Positions 1-14,319 of a stretch of 64,000 nucleotides of DNA are shown here, piece after piece. The stretch spans positions 98,890,001 to 98,954,000 of the forward strand of contig NC_086104.1 in the NCBI RefSeq assembly GCF_963921235.1. Reading direction: 5' to 3'. Both the position numbers and the translations under genes were made by a program. The notes beneath the pieces are model-generated. The model was not told the origin of the DNA and did not search any database. It saw only the letters and a list, made by a program, of their open reading frames with translations. The stretch's first letter is position 1; each line of letters starts with the position of its first letter. Origin of the DNA: Mobula hypostoma (Eukaryota).

Positions 1-1719
1 CCTCTGTGATACATTCCAAACAGTCACCACTCTGTGGGTGAATTTCCTGTATGAATTTTGGCAGACTGAAGAAGAAGATAAGCTGTCTGTAGTTACCTTT
101 GACATGTTCTTTGCTTCTCAAATCCCTGGGCTGAAGAAGAATGACGTTGATAGATAACCTGCTCCTTCCCAGATCTATTTAACACTTCACTGTTTCCAGA
201 GGGCTGTGTCTCACATTGCTGGGTTGTTAGAATACGCAAATGTGTTCTAAAATCTGAAAGCAGAGTGGCGAATTGTTATTTGGATGTTCAGTGGAGCAGG
301 GTGAAGAACCAGAGAGTCAGCATAGGTCAGTGTGTGGGGCTCCGGACAGTGGTTGGAGTAAGAGAACAGAAAGGGGGCATGGTGACAAATGACGATGTAG
401 CAATATTTGGAATCTGATTGACAGAAAAATAACAGTTGACGTTTCTGGCTGAGACCCTTCATCGGGACAGGTCATCTACAGATTTTCTTGTTAGTTCCAA
501 GTTGCTGTGGCAGTGAGAAACTATAAGATAACTTTGAGATAAATGGATAATGTGATTTTCTACCAATTGAAGTGGAATGTTGAGATCATGACCAATGTTG
601 AGAACCACCTGATGTCCATACCTTGGTAGATAATGGGAATAGTCGAGACTGAGGCCTAAAAGAAAGAACTGGGTCCAACATCCAGTGAGTTGAAATGCCA
701 ATTAGCTGAATGAGAAAAAGACAAACTCCTTGTGTCACTTTTGGTTCTTTAACAAATCACCTCTGTTGAATGTCATCTGATTTTGGATCCTTCTGCTAAG
801 TGAGACCATTGTTTCTTCTGTCTGCATGTATAATGATAACGAACACCTCTGTCTTGGGTAACAAGTGACCTGTAACATTCACACCACAGAAGTTCCAGAC
901 ATTACCAACCTCCAACAAGGAAGTCTAATCACCTACCCTTGACATTCATTGACATGCCACTGTTGACTTCACTACCATCAATCACCTCAGGGTCACAGTG
1001 ATAAGGAAGTCTCCAGGAGGTTGGGTAGATCTCTACCCAAGTAGAGCAGTGAGACATACCCAGAACTACTAAGTTATAGCAATGGATGAGACAAACTGAG
1101 TCAAATCACAGACAGATGACCAGCAGGATTATCTCATTATGATACAGACAGTTAGAATTTGATGCTGGGTCCAGATACCTGACCATGACCAGATAGAAGT
1201 TGAGGATTTGTTCTCTTAACTTGTTGGTCTCAATGTTACAGGGTGATATGGGAGATCACCCTGAAATGCTGACCTTCCCCCATTGATGTTCTTAGTAAAC
1301 TGTTTACAGGATAGAAAAAAAACAAAGGAGCTGTGTATGACAATCTCAAACACAACAACACATTGATTCTGTTCTGAATGTTTGTCCACCAGCACTTGAA
1401 TACCATAGATCTTTGAATGTGGCCTTGCAAATTCTAGATAACATCAAGATAGGTACCACACCAGTTGTACCAAGGAAAACCTGGAGATGTGTTCAGTGTA
1501 GGGGCGAGATTTGGATTAACCAACCTGGAGATAAATCTTGTAAATTATCTTTGTGTTATTGAAGGAGTGAACAGATATTTTCTTTGTAACACCAGTATAT
1601 CAGTTATCGATACCTGGAAAAGATGCCGTATCTCATCCCAGCTTGACACTTGCTCTGTGTCTGAATGAAGTTTTCTGTTTTAACTTCTCATTGAAACCCA
1701 TTGGATCCAGGGCCCTGAG

Positions 1720-2492
1720 AACACACCAGCAGATCTTCACTCGAGATCAGACACACAACTGCTTGAAGTGTTTTGGGGTGGGGGGGGTGGGGTTCTCTAT
1801 GTTATCTGATCTGACAATGCATTAGAAAGTTTATAGCCAGAAAAATTAATTCACCTGTTCAGTGTGGAAAGGGATTCAGCCGTTCATCCAACCTACAGAC
1901 ACCAAGAAGTTAACAGTGGGTAAAATGTCATTAACCTGCTCTGTGTGTGGGAAGGGATGGAATTCAGTCTTGCAACTACAGTAACACCAACGAGTTCACA
2001 CTGAAGAGAGGCCAGTACAAGGGATGGGACAGACTCTGTCATCCAGCTTCAAGTTACATCAGGGAGCTCATGACACAGTGAGACAGTACACTTGTTCTGA
2101 CTGTGGGAGGAGATTCATTCAGTTGTCCAACCTGAACACACATCATAAAATTCACACCAGGGGAGGTTGTTCACCTGCTCCATGTGTGAGATGGAATTCA
2201 TTAAGTCACCTGAGCTATTGACACATCAGAGATTTCCCACTGGGGAGAGGCTGTTCACCTGCTCTTTATGTGTGAGGGAATTTCCTAGGTTATCCCACAT
2301 GCAGACACACCAGTGAGTTCACACCAGGGAGAGGCCATTCACTTGCTCAGGCTGTGGGAAGTGATTCACTGAGTTATCTCACTTTATGAGGTAATAGTGA
2401 GTTCACACTGGGAGGCAGCACACCTGCCCTGTGTGAGCAAGGAGGTTTATTCAGTCATCCCGCCTGCTGACAAATCAAGTTCACATAGGGGA
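1720..2492 (+). pseudogene. Degenerate tandem C2H2 (Kruppel-type) zinc-finger array
   Basis: Repeated HQRxHTGERPFTC-like linker coding (cacactggggagaggc..ttcacctgc). ORF 2024-2221 contains [24 protein letters not shown]. Many stops and frameshifts. Confidence 0.85.
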
Positions 2493-2682
2493 CTTTTGGA
2501 TCTCCCCCTCCCCCTCCAACTTTCAAATCCCTTACTCACTCTTCCTTCAGTTAGTCCTGACGAAGGGTCTCGGCCTGAAACGTTGACTGCACCTCTTCCT
2601 AGAGATGCTGCCTGGCCTGCTGCGTTCACCAGCAACTTTGATGTGTGTTGCTTAAATTTCCAGCATCTGCAGAATTCCTGTT
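2493..2682 (+). mobile_element. Penelope-like element 3'/pLTR fragment inserted at the end of the ZNF remnant
   Basis: 14-bp TSD gttcacatagggga (2479-2492 / 2683-2696). Matches the 3' end of the PLE at 9.2-12.06 kb. Empty site in the paralog near 15495-15510. Confidence 0.85.
2553..2589 (+). ncRNA. Minimal type I hammerhead ribozyme motif (PLE-associated)
   Basis: AGTC-CTGACGA-AGG(gtctcgg)CCT-GAAA-CGTT-GACT: helix I AGTC/GACT, CUGANGA core, helix II, GAAA, palindromic ACGT. Confidence 0.7.
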
Positions 2683-3264
2683 GTTCACATAGGGGAGACA
2701 GTTTAAATAAATCTGTTGAATTTTTAATCATTACGTTTGGTGAATCCAGATGCAAGTTGAAGAGTGACTTTTGGTGTCAGATTCTGCTGTTCATCACACC
2801 TGGAACTGAACCCTGGTCACTGGTCACTGGGCACAGGAGGGGTTTGTTCTGATGGCATTAGCCTTTAATTGGACTGGAGTTAAATATTGTGGGTGTGTCA
2901 GAATTAAAGCAGTTCTATTTTAAATCTTGTATCTCATGTCATTACTGACTCAATGTTCAGTGGAGAGGCCGTTCCTACCATCTAGTCCCTGCCAGTGTCT
3001 CTGCTCTGTCTCCTCCCATCACTCTTCTCCAATATTTTTATGAATTTTACATATAAGAATACAGAGTACAAGAAAAAAAGATACATCAATACATTATACT
3101 AAGTCGTATATAAAGACTCATTACCCTATATTCATACAGATTAATTAATTTGTAGCATTGAAATATAGCAATTTTATTATATTAAAAAATCTAACCCACT
3201 ACCAAGACCAAAGCTGATTAGTAAAGAAAAAAAAATTAGTCATCACCTGTGCTTTAACAGCAAA

Positions 3265-6200
3265 TCAAAGGTTTTGAAAATAATTCAAAAAAGGTCCCCA
3301 CAATGTTTGAAAATCTTGGCTAGATTCAGAGATTGAACATCGAATCTTCTCTAAATTTAAACATGACATCACATCATGTAACCATTGAGCGTGAATAGGA
3401 GGGGCCGCATCTTTCCATTTAAGCAACAGCGTCCTTCTGGCCATAAGAGACATAAAAGCCAAAATGTGCAAGTAAGATGACTCCAAAATTATATCCTCTC
3501 CTCCAACAATACCAAATAAAGTGGTCAAAGGATTATGCTTAAAGTTTCCTTTGAAAAGTATTGAGAAAGTTTGAAATACTTCTTTCCAGTATTTTCCAAG
3601 ACTCGGTCATGTCCAAAACATATGAATGAGTGTAGCTTCTCCAATATTACATTTATCACAATAAGGAGATATATCTAAAACAAACCGAGACAACTTATCC
3701 TTGGTCATATGGGCCCGATGGACCACCTTAAATTGTAGGAGAGAGTGGCGGGTACATAACGATGAAGTGTTAACCAATTTAAAAATTTAATTCCAAGTTT
3801 CCTCAGAAATTGAAGTCTGTCAATCTTGTTTCCCAAAGATTTTTAATTTTATCTAAAGAAACGCTTCTCATTCCCAACAGCATATTATAAATATTAGATA
3901 TAGATCCATTATAAAAAGGTTTCAAATTAAAAATTACATCTAATAGATTCTTATCAGGACTTTTAGTAAATGTACTTATTTGAGACCGTAAAAAATCTCT
4001 TACTTGTAGGTATCGATAAAAATGAGTTTTAGATAGACTATATTTAGTTAACAGTGTTCAAATGAAAAGAGACTTTCCGCTACAAACGAGTCCTGAAAGC
4101 ATTTAATACCTAATCTATCCTATTCTTTAAAAGCCACATCAGTCACAGAGGGTTTAAAAGAATAATTAGAAAAAATGGGACTCGAAAGAGAAAATCTCAA
4201 TAAGCCAAGTATTTTTGGAATTGTATTCAAATTCTCATAGTGTGTTTAACTACCAGATTATCAGTTAACTTACTCAGAGACAAAGGAAGTGAGGATCCAA
4301 GAAGAGAAATATAGAAAATTTATTAACAGAGTTAGCTTCTAAAAAAAACCCTCATCGGGCAACCCTCACGATTAATGTAATATAACCAAAATGTAACATT
4401 TCTTATATTAACTGCCCAATAATAAAATCTAAAGTTTGGTAAGGCTAACCCTCCATTATTTTTATCTTTCTGAAGATGAATTTTATTTAATCTAGAACGC
4501 TTATTCTTCCATATATAAGAAGATATAATAGAGTCAAGAGAATCAAAGAAAGATTCAGGAATAAAAACAGGCAATGCCTCAAAAAGATACATAAATTTAA
4601 GTAATATATTCATTTTAATAGAGTTAATTCAGCCAATCAGCGGTAACGAAAGAGGCGACCAATTTGAGAGTATCCTTTTTATGTGATTCAATAGGGTAAG
4701 ACAATTTTCTTTAAATAGACGCTTATAGTTTTTGGTAATTGTTATACCTAAGTAGGTAAATTGGTTTCTTACATTTTTAAAAGGAAGGTTAGAGTTTGTT
4801 GGTATCAAATTATTCAAAGGGAAAGGTTCACTTTTATGTAGGTTTAATTTATAACCTGAGAACTGGCTAAAACTGGAGAGCAAAGTAAGTGTATGGGGTA
4901 ACAAAGTGTCAACATTAGAAATAAATAGCAGCAGATCATCAGCGTACAGTGAGACTTTGAGAATAGTTTCTCTCCCTAAAATACTGGTGATATCGTTAGA
5001 TTCTCAAAGGCAATGGCTAAAGGTTCTAAGGCCAGATCAAAACGCAAAGGGCTCAACGGACAGCCTTGTCTAGTGCCACGTTGAAGCTTAAATGGTTTGG
5101 AATTATCAGAATTAGTGATAACCCTAGCGGAAGGAGCTAAATAAAGTAATTTAATATATTGAATGAAAACAGGTCCAGAATTGAATTTTTCTGAAGTTTT
5201 AAATAAATAATTCCATTCAACTCTGTCAAAAGCTTTCTCAGCATCTAGGGATACCACACATTCTGATATCATGTTAGAAGGAGAATAACATTTAATAACT
5301 GATTAATATTAAAGTGAGAATATCGATTTTTGATAAATCCAGTTTGGTTATGGAAATGACAGATGATAAAATATTTTCAATCCTGTGGGCCAAAACTTTA
5401 GATAGGATCTTAGTATCAACATTAAGGAAAGAAATTGGTCTATAAGAAGAGCATTCAGTTGGATCCTTATTCTTTTTAAGGATAAGCGAAATGGAAGCCT
5501 CATAAAAAGATTGAGGGAGTCTGCCCAACTTGAATGAATCCAAAAAAACTGAACATAAATGAGGTATAAGCAGTGAGGGAAAGATCTTGTAAAATTCTCC
5601 ACAAAATCCATCTGGACCCGAAGCTTTCCTCAAATGTAATGAGCGCACAACCTCAACAATTTCTTCAAAAGAAATAGGTTGTTCCAACAACTTTCTGTTG
5701 TCAGCAGAAATTGTAGGAATGTTTAGCTGATCTAAAAAAATTGTTCATTACAGTGTTATCCTTAGAAGATTCTGAACTATAGAGTTTAGAATAAAATTCT
5801 CTAGAAGTATCATTTATTTCTAAATAATCAGGTGTCCTATCACCATTAGCTTTGCATATTTTTCATCTGCTGTTTAGCTATAAAGGTTTTAATTTGATCA
5901 GCCAATAATTTACCTGTTTTATCTCCATGAATATAAAATTGACTGTTATCTCTTAGGAGTTGGGTTTCAATTGGATAGGTTAAAAAGAGATCATATTTAG
6001 TTTTAGTTTCAACACATCTTTTTATATAAGGCAGGTTCTGGAGCCAAGGCATACTCTTGGTCTAATTGTTTCAGCTGATCAGCTAAATCACTCCTCTCTT
6101 TATTAGCTTCTTTCTTAATACTTGCAGTATAAGAAATAATTTGTCCTCTAATACACGCCTTAAAGACATTCCATCTGATAAGACTAGAAGTCTCCTCTAC

Positions 6201-7024
6201 CGTATTCTCTTCAAAAAAAAGAGTAATTTCTCTCTCCATAAACTTTAAAAAAATCTTTATCAGATAACAAAGTTAAATTAAATCGCCAAAACCTATTTGT
6301 TTGAAGAAGACTAGGGAAATTTAAAGATAGGAGCACAGGAGCGTGATCTGAGACAGCAATATCTTTATATTCACAGGATCGAACTGGTGGAATTATTTGG
6401 CTATCAATAAAAAATAATCAATCCTGGAATATGTATGAGAGAAAAATGAATATTCCTTGTCTACTGGATGAAAAAAAATACCAAGCATCAACAATACCTC
6501 ATTTCATTAAAAAAGATTTAATAAACACAGCTGACTTATTTAGTATCATTAGTTTAGAAGATGAATGATCTAAAGCTGGATCTAAGCAACAATTAAAGTC
6601 CCCATCCATCACCAATGAGTACAGACTTAGATCTGGCAAAAATGAAAAAAAAACGCTCAAAGAAACCTGGGTCATCTATATTCGGAGCATACACATCGGA
6701 AAATACCATTAGTTTGTTATTTAATTTCCCTGTTATTATAACAAAATGCCCATTAGTGTCAGAAATTACTTTATGTTGAACAAAGGGACCTTTATTAACT
6801 ATAAGGATCGAAACTTCTCTGGCCTTGGCCTGAAATGAAGAATGAAAAGGAAGTCCTCCCCATCGATTAAAAAGGCATGAATTGTCACACTTATGTACAT
6901 GGGTTTCTTGAAGAAAAACAATTGGTACCTCAAGTTTTTTAATAAAGGCAAAAATCTTATTTCTTTTCACGGGCTGATTTAGCCTCTTCTCGTTAAAACT
7001 AAGTAAATTAATACTTTGATCCAT
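3265..7024 (-). pseudogene. L1 ORF2p (EN-RT-CCHC), fragmented
   Basis: Collinear ORF fragments 6593-7024, 6009-6239, 5846-6052, 5292-5690, 4976-5272, 4629-4904, 4332-4613, 3265-3528. Confidence 0.88.
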
Positions 7025-7449
7025 TTAAAAATTATTTGTAAGAAAGGTTAAAGTAGCAATCAGAGAAATGTATATTAAACCCAAATAATAAATCTTGAGA
7101 TATATTGGCTAAGCAACAGAATTGACTAGATTCCCAAATCAGGTTCAGGAAAAGAGAACTCCCAATCCCTCTCCGTCCTCCCAAAGAGAGAAAATCAGTC
7201 AAAGAATAACCACTATCTGCCCCTACTGAAAACATTCCTTAGAAAACCTGTTGGAAAACTGCTCCAAATAATTCAAGGTTATTTACTGTTCCAACCAAGA
7301 CTAAATAATATACAGTAAAAAAAAACAAGCTTAGACAGGTTTATCAAACAGAAAGAGCAAGTATTCATACTGAAAAATATTAAACAGTCATTTTTTTAAT
7401 ATACAGTATTTCTGTTTTGCAAGATTTTTAATCTATTCAGTATATGTAT

Positions 7450-8296
7450 ACAGTCATTTTTTGAGTCTAAAAATTCTTGCGCCTGCTCCTTCATCCAAAA
7501 CCATTTAAATGATCCATCTTCCATTGTGATTCTCAATCGAGCCGGAAAGGCTTAAAATTTTGGCTGTATAGCTCTGCCATAACTTTTTTAAATTTAACAC
7601 GTTCTGCCATCACTTCTGATGAAAAATCTTCAACAATACTTCAAATCTTCAAATGGTTCGGCACAGCCAAGAAGGGCCAAAAGGCCTGTTTCTGTGCTGT
7701 AGTTTCTATGGTTCTATGGTTCTAATACGAATCTTCTGACCTTAGTAGTCAATCATACCTTTTCCACGGGCATCACGAATCAGATGGTCCTTTACTTGAA
7801 ATTCATGGAAACATATAATGACTGCTCTTGGTTTTGATTTTGAAGCAGATCCATAGATAGGCAATCTGTGAGCATGATCAATCAAAGGCAGAGACTTTAT
7901 AATATCAGGAAATAATTCCATCAAAAGGTTTTCAAAGAATTCTTTAGGATTATCTCCTTCTGTTTGCTCTTTAAGTGCCAAGATTGGTAAATTGTTCCTC
8001 CTACTTAGGTGTTCCAAATCAATAATCTTCTGTCTCAGTATTTCATTGGACTTGGATTGTTTTTCATACAGCTTTTGCAAATCATCCATTCTCTTGTCCA
8101 GTATAGAAATAACCTCTTCATGTTCCTTTACCTTCTTATCAAGCTCAGTTAGAGTTGCTTGAATATCATTTAATTTTGTACCTATTGGTTTAATTTTAGC
8201 GCTAATTTGTTGCGGATCAGCTGATGCTTCTTTTCTGAACTGTTGAAACTCCTCAGTAAGCTTTTGAATAGCTTCCAAAGCTGCTTTGGTAGTCAT
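7450..8296 (-). pseudogene. L1 ORF1p (coiled coil + RRM), disrupted
   Basis: ORF 7742-8296 ...DLEHLSRRNNL...IDHAHRL...PRAVI. Stop plus a CR1-tail insertion near 7650-7725. Confidence 0.85.
7651..7723 (+). mobile_element. CR1 3'-tail insertion in L1 ORF1
   Basis: Nearly identical to 26017-26090, the tail of the young CR1 ending in (ttctatgg)n. Confidence 0.8.
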
Positions 8297-9229
8297 AGTA
8301 ATATAATAACCCGTCTAACAGTAGTATTTCAAAAGGTTGGAAACAAAAGTAAGTAAGTTAGGAGCACCAACAGAGAGCTGTTACTCCATCAGCAGCCACC
8401 AGGAAAACTCTGTAGTGATATTCTTTTCTCTCTTTCTATTCATTCACCTTCCCCTGAAATCCATCCCTGCTGCTCACTTCCGGCTGCCCCTGTGGAGACG
8501 GGTTCCGAATGGTCACCACTCTGGATGAAGAAGTGACGTCACTGATCAACTGGTCTCTGACAACTTGCACTCATTCTTCCTTTAAACTTGATATCCTTGT
8601 GCCCAAGGGCAACAGTCCAGCACCTGTCACTGATCTGCTCCGAAACTTCGCTCAGAATTGTCAATTTTATATGGATATTGACCAATTGAAATCTGTGCAG
8701 CTTCTACCACCTTGTTTGCAAACACAGAATACCAACCATTATACAAACGTACAGGTAGTAATAACCAACAAAACTATATATTATTTACTCTTTTAAAAAA
8801 ATTAGTCTGAGCGGAAGCAGCCAATTACACAGGACAAAGCTTCTTGAATACTTTGGGATGTATCTTATGGATTTTGAGTTGCTGAACATGAAAACCACAC
8901 AAAATTCCCCTACACACAGCAGTTTTTTGAAATTGCCTATACTTATTAAGTCAATTAAAATGCTGCCCACAATGTAAGCTGAATTTTTTTTCTGTCTTGT
9001 CCTTGTGTGTGCTCATTATAATAAAGTGATTGTATTTTCAGGAGTATTTGTGATAGCAAAATGTCTTTCCAATGTTGCAACAACCGCAATCCTTGCTGCA
9101 GACTTCAACATTTCTAACAATTCTGAGCCCAGACCAAGATCCCTGTTGCTGACCTCAGTGGTTCTAATTATCCCAAGCAGATTCAGAACCCGGACTCCAC
9201 CGCCAGCAATGTGGGTTTCTAAGACCTTG

Positions 9230-12055
9230 GACACCTTTAAAGTGCCGATTGCAACTTCCAGCTCCAACTCCAGGCTGGATCTTGACCAACAGCACCTCCA
9301 GGCTGGGACTTCACGTGCTACGGTTGGAACCTCCAGTCTCCCCTTCCCCCACCATCACTCTGCAATCCCGTGTCTCTCAGGTCCCACTGCCAGCTCTTGG
9401 GTCCTCGGAGACTCTATCTTACTTTCACTCCACCTTCCCTGAACACCACAACCTTCCCCTCTCCTCAGACACCATCAACCCCCTTCTCTCTCCGATCCCA
9501 GCTCTCATCTGTGCCGGATCTTTGCAATTCTCTCTGACATTCCCCTCTCTGAGGCAGAATGTTCTGTTCTCAGTAAGGGGCTCACCTTCGTCCCCCTGCA
9601 CCCACACCAGTGAGCTTTGCACCCTCTGTGACTCTGAGTTTTTCTTCCGCCATCTCCATCTCCGTGCCGACTTCTTTGGTGATAACTCTCCAACGCGCTC
9701 CAGTGACCCCTTCCTCCATCTTTAACCATCCTCCTCTTCCTGGACTCACTGCTCTGGTCTTCTGCCTGCTCTGGATCTTTTCATTGCCAATTGCCAACAG
9801 GACATTAACCGTCTAGACTTTAACACTCCCCTCTCCTATTCCAATCTCAGTGCTTCCGAACGCTTGACTCTCACTCACTACCCACCAATCCTAATATCAC
9901 CATCAAACCCCCAGATAAGGTGAGTGCTGTCGTAGTCTGGTGGATTGACCTCTTCTTTGCTGATGCCGGGAGACTACTGTCAGATACCTCCTCTTACCCC
10001 TTGGTTAGGACACCACTAAGGAGCAACAGGCCATTATCTCCCACACCATCACCAACCTTATTAACTCTGGGGATCTCCCAACCATCGCCACCATCCTCGT
10101 AGTTCCCGCACCCCACACCTCCTGTTTGTACCTCCCACCTAAGATTCACAAACATGCCTGTCCAGGTAGACCTAGTTTCTGCTTGTCCCTGCCCCACCAA
10201 ACTTGTATCTGCATACCCTGGCTCAGTTTTATCCCCACCCCACCCCCACACCGCTAGTTCAGTCCCTTCCTACCTATGCTCCTGACCCTTCACACGCTCT
10301 TGATCTTTTCAATGATTTCAAGTTCTCTGGCCGCAATCATCTTATTTTCACCATGGATGTCCAGTCCCTATACACCTCCAATCCCACCACCACTCTCCTC
10401 CATTTGCCGGGACTTGTCCTCACTTTCAATAATTTCTCCTTAAGCTGCTCCCATATCCTTCAAACAAAAGGTGTAGCTATGGGCACTTGTATGTGTCCCA
10501 GCTATGCCTGCCTTTTTGTCAGCGATGTGAAATGGTCTATGCTCCATGCCTACACTCCCCAACTTTCCCTATGTACATCAATGACTGCATTTGTGCTGCT
10601 TTCTGCACCCACATGGAGCTCGTCAACTTCATCAACTTTGCCTCTAACTTCCACCCTGCCCTCAAATTTACCTGGTGCATTTCTGACACCTCCCTCACTT
10701 TTCTTGATCTCCATGTCTCTATCTCTGGAGACAGCTTATCTATTGCTATCTTCTATAGACCCACTGATTCTCACAGCTACCTGGACTATAACTCTTCCCA
10801 CCCTGTTACTTGTAAAAATGCCTTCCCCTTCTCTCAGTTCCTCCATTTCCATCACGCCTGCTTTCAGGATGAGGCTTTTAATTCCAGAACTAAGGAGATT
10901 CTCGCCTTCTTCAAAGAAAGTTGCTTCCCCTTCCTCCACCATCAGTGCTGCCCTCACCCACATTTCCATTTCATGAACGCCTGCCCACACCTCATTCTCC
11001 TGGCTCCCCTCCAAGGATAGGGTTCCTCTTGTCCTTGCCAACCACCCCACCAGCCTCCATGTCTAGAACATAATTCTCTGTAATTTCCACCATCTCCAAT
11101 GAGATCCCACCACCAAGCACATCTTACCCTCTCCCCCCCACCCAGTTTCTGCTTTCTGCAAGGATTGCTCCCTGCACAACTCCCTTGTCCATTTCTCCCT
11201 CCCACACTGATCTCCCTCCTGGCACTGATCCTTGCAAGCAGAATAAGTGCAATGCCTGCCCCTACACCTCCCCCATTACTACCATTCTGGGCCCCAAACA
11301 GTTCTTCCAGGCGACGTGATACTTCACCCGCGATCTATAGTATTCATCTATAGTATTCAGTGCTCCTGGTGTGGCCTCCTGTAAAATGGTGAGACCCTAC
11401 AGAGACTGGGGGACTGCTTTGCCAAGCAGCCATGCCATGCTCTGTCTGCCCGAAAAAACAGGATCTCGCAGTGGCCACCCATTTTAATTCTACTTCCAAT
11501 TCCCATTCTGACATGTCAGTCCATGGCCTCCTCTACTGCTGCAATGAAACAACACTCAGGTTGGAAGAGCAACACCTTATATTCTGTCTAGGTAGCCTAG
11601 AACTTGAAAGCATGAATGTTGATTTCTCAGCCTTCCAGTAATGCCCCCTCCACTTCACCATTTGCCACTCCCCTTTTCATCTCTCACCTTATCTCCTTAC
11701 CTGCCCATCACCACCCTCTGTTGCTCCTGCCCTTTCCTTTTCTTCCATGATCTTTTGTATTCTCCTGTCAGATTCCCCCTTCGCCAGCCCTTTATCTCTT
11801 TCATCAATCGACTTCCCAGCTCTTTACTTCATGCCTCCCTGCTTCCGGTTTCACCTGTCACCTACTACCTTGGATTTCTTCCTCCCCACTCCCCATCTTC
11901 TTACTCTGACTTCTCATCTTTTTTGTCCAGTCCTGATGAAGGGTCTCAGCCTGAAACATCGACGGTTTACTCTTTTCCACAGACGCTGAGTTCCTCCAAC
12001 ATTTTCTGTGTATTGCTTGGATTTCTGGCATCTGCAGATTTTCTCTTCTTTGTGA
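9230..12055 (+). mobile_element. Penelope-like retroelement (RT + GIY-YIG), degenerate
   Basis: TMDVQSLYT, QTKGVAMGT, YINDC, FLDL, HSYLDY..SHP. GIY-YIG remnant at ~11340-11420 and VATHFN..LEEQHLIF. 3' hammerhead motif. Confidence 0.88.
11928..11965 (+). ncRNA. Minimal hammerhead ribozyme motif in PLE 3' region
   Basis: CAGTC-CTGATGA-AGGGTCTCAGCCT-GAAA-CATC-GACGG. Confidence 0.65.
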
Positions 12056-13252
12056 ACTTTCTGTTATATTTGTTGCAAGTATACGATTAAATCCCACAGC
12101 CAGAGCATGACTCCTCTTATTAAGAAAGCCAATAAGCTCTACTTTGGGTGTAAAATAGGTAACCAAAACAAAGCCTGGGCTTCTAAGATGTGCTGTCAAT
12201 CTTAGAGCTTGTCTCAGGTGTCCTCGGAAGTTAATGCCATTCACTGTCCTGCTGATATAGCAAGAACACAAAGATCATGTGATAGACTGCTACTCATGTC
12301 TGCCCAGTGTGTCTGGTTTTTCTGCTTAAAACAAGAAATACTTCAACAGCTCAATAGTTGCATTTAATGTCAGAGAATGTATACAATACACAACCTGAAA
12401 TTCTTGCTCTTCACAGACATCCACAAAAACAGAAGGGTACCAGAATGAATGAGTGCTAGTAAAACAGTTCGAACTACAAAGCTCCCCCTTCCCCCATGCA
12501 CAAGAAGCAGCAGCAGATCATCAACCGTCACCCTACCTCTCACCCATTATTTAAGCAAAAAGCATCAACACCCACCACACTCCAAGCAAGCAATGGCAAA
12601 GCCCCCAAAGACAGGCCATGATCTGTAGTACAACAAAAAACACCTCACTGGTTGCAATGTTCTCCGAGTCCTCTCACTTGAGAATCAGCAGCAAACTCTC
12701 CCCCACCATCCTGAGAAAGAGAGAGGGAGAGAGCAATTCACCAAGTTCAGAGACCTCTGACAGCCGATCTGCCATTGGGGACATTCCCTTTTCTCCCGCA
12801 ATGCCTCAGTCAGTGACAGCGGCGTGGAATCGGCTTGTTCACTGGGCCATGGAGACTCAGAACCATGAAGGTGCTCTCATCTTCCAGGCTGTGTCCTTGG
12901 GATATTGAAAAGTGGCTGGTTGGTGAGCCCGGGGTGTGAGAACCATTGCCGTGAAGAACCGTAGTTTGAGTGCAGCTGTAGGTCAGGAACTCTGACAGAA
13001 ACCCATCCACCTTGAAAAGGGGAAAACAGACATTAAAGGAGGAAATCCTTTGAATTCCCAAATCTTCCTTCAGCCTGGGGACCCGCGCTGCATTATGATA
13101 GTCTCTCAATAGTGAAGACACCAGAGACATTAGAGGGCAGACAAAGATACCATGATGTATTGGCCAGCAATGGGGAACGGCACTGATACAGATTTTGAAT
13201 CCTTTATGTTGAGTAAGCCTCACCTGATAACTTGATCTAAGTTAAATGACAA

Positions 13253-14300
13253 ACAAGATAAAATCTGCAGACGCTGGAAATACAAACAACTCACACAAAA
13301 TACTGGAGGAACTTAGCAGGCCAGGCAGCATCTATGGAAAAAAATACAGTTGATGTTTCAGGCCAAGACCCTTCAATGGGTCTGGAGAGTAAAAGATGAG
13401 GAGTCAGAGCTAGAAGGTGGTGGGGGCGAGGGGTGGGGGGTGTGCAAGGGGAGGAAGAAACACAAGGTGATAGGTGAAACCGGGAGGGGGTGAAATAAAG
13501 AGCTGGGAAGTTGATTTGCGAAAGAGGTACAGAGCTGGAGAATGGGGAATCTAACAGGAGCGGACAGAAGGCCATGGAAAAAAGGGGGAGGAACAGCAAA
13601 GGGAGGTGATGAGCAAGTAAGGAAATAAGGTGAGAGAGGGGAAAGGTGAGTGGGGAATGGTGAAAGAGGGGAGGGAGGCATTACCAGAAATTTGAGAAAT
13701 TGATGTTCATGCCATCAGGTTGGAGGCTACCCAGACGGAATATAAGATGTTGCTCCTCCAACCTGAGTGTGGCCTCAGCATGACAGTAGAAGAGGCCGTG
13801 GACTGACAGGTCAGAATGGGAAGTGGAATTAGAATGGTTGGCTACTGCAAGCTCCTGCTTTTTCTGGCAGACGGAGCGTAGGTGCTTGGCGAAGCAGTCT
13901 CCCAATATACTTTGGTTCTCACTGATATACAGGAGGCCACAATGGGAGCACTGGATACAGAAGATGATCCCAACAGACTCACGGGTGAGGTGTCACCTCA
14001 CCTGGAAGGACCGTTTGGTGCCATGAATGGTGGTGAGGGAGGAGGTGTAGGGGCAGGATAAGTGCCAGGAAGGAGACCGGTGAGGAAGGTTGAATGGTAG
14101 GGAGTCATGTAGAGAGTAATCCCTATGGAAAGCATAAAGTGAGGGAAGGAGGGAAAGATGTGTTTGGTAGTGGAATCCAATTGGAGATGACAGTATTATG
14201 AAGAATTATGTGCTGGACGCAAAGACTGGAGGAGTTATAGGTGAGGACAAGAGGAACCCTATCCCTGGTGGGGTGGAGGGAGGATGGGGTGAGGGCAGTT
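13253..14300 (-). mobile_element. Second Penelope-like 3' fragment, inverted relative to the first
   Basis: ORF 13681-13905 GDCFAKHLRSV..LEEQHLIFRLGSLQPDGMN. Decayed hammerhead at 13347-13385. Confidence 0.85.
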
Positions 14301-14319
14301 GTGTGAGAAATGAAAGCGA

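Larger units (their letters stand above)
3035..8410 (-). mobile_element. Near full-length degenerate L1 LINE
   Basis: ORF1 with coiled coil, then ORF2 pieces: endonuclease (VFLQETH), RT ([30 protein letters not shown]) and C-terminal CCHC (CDKC..HMFWTC). Multiple frameshifts. Confidence 0.92.
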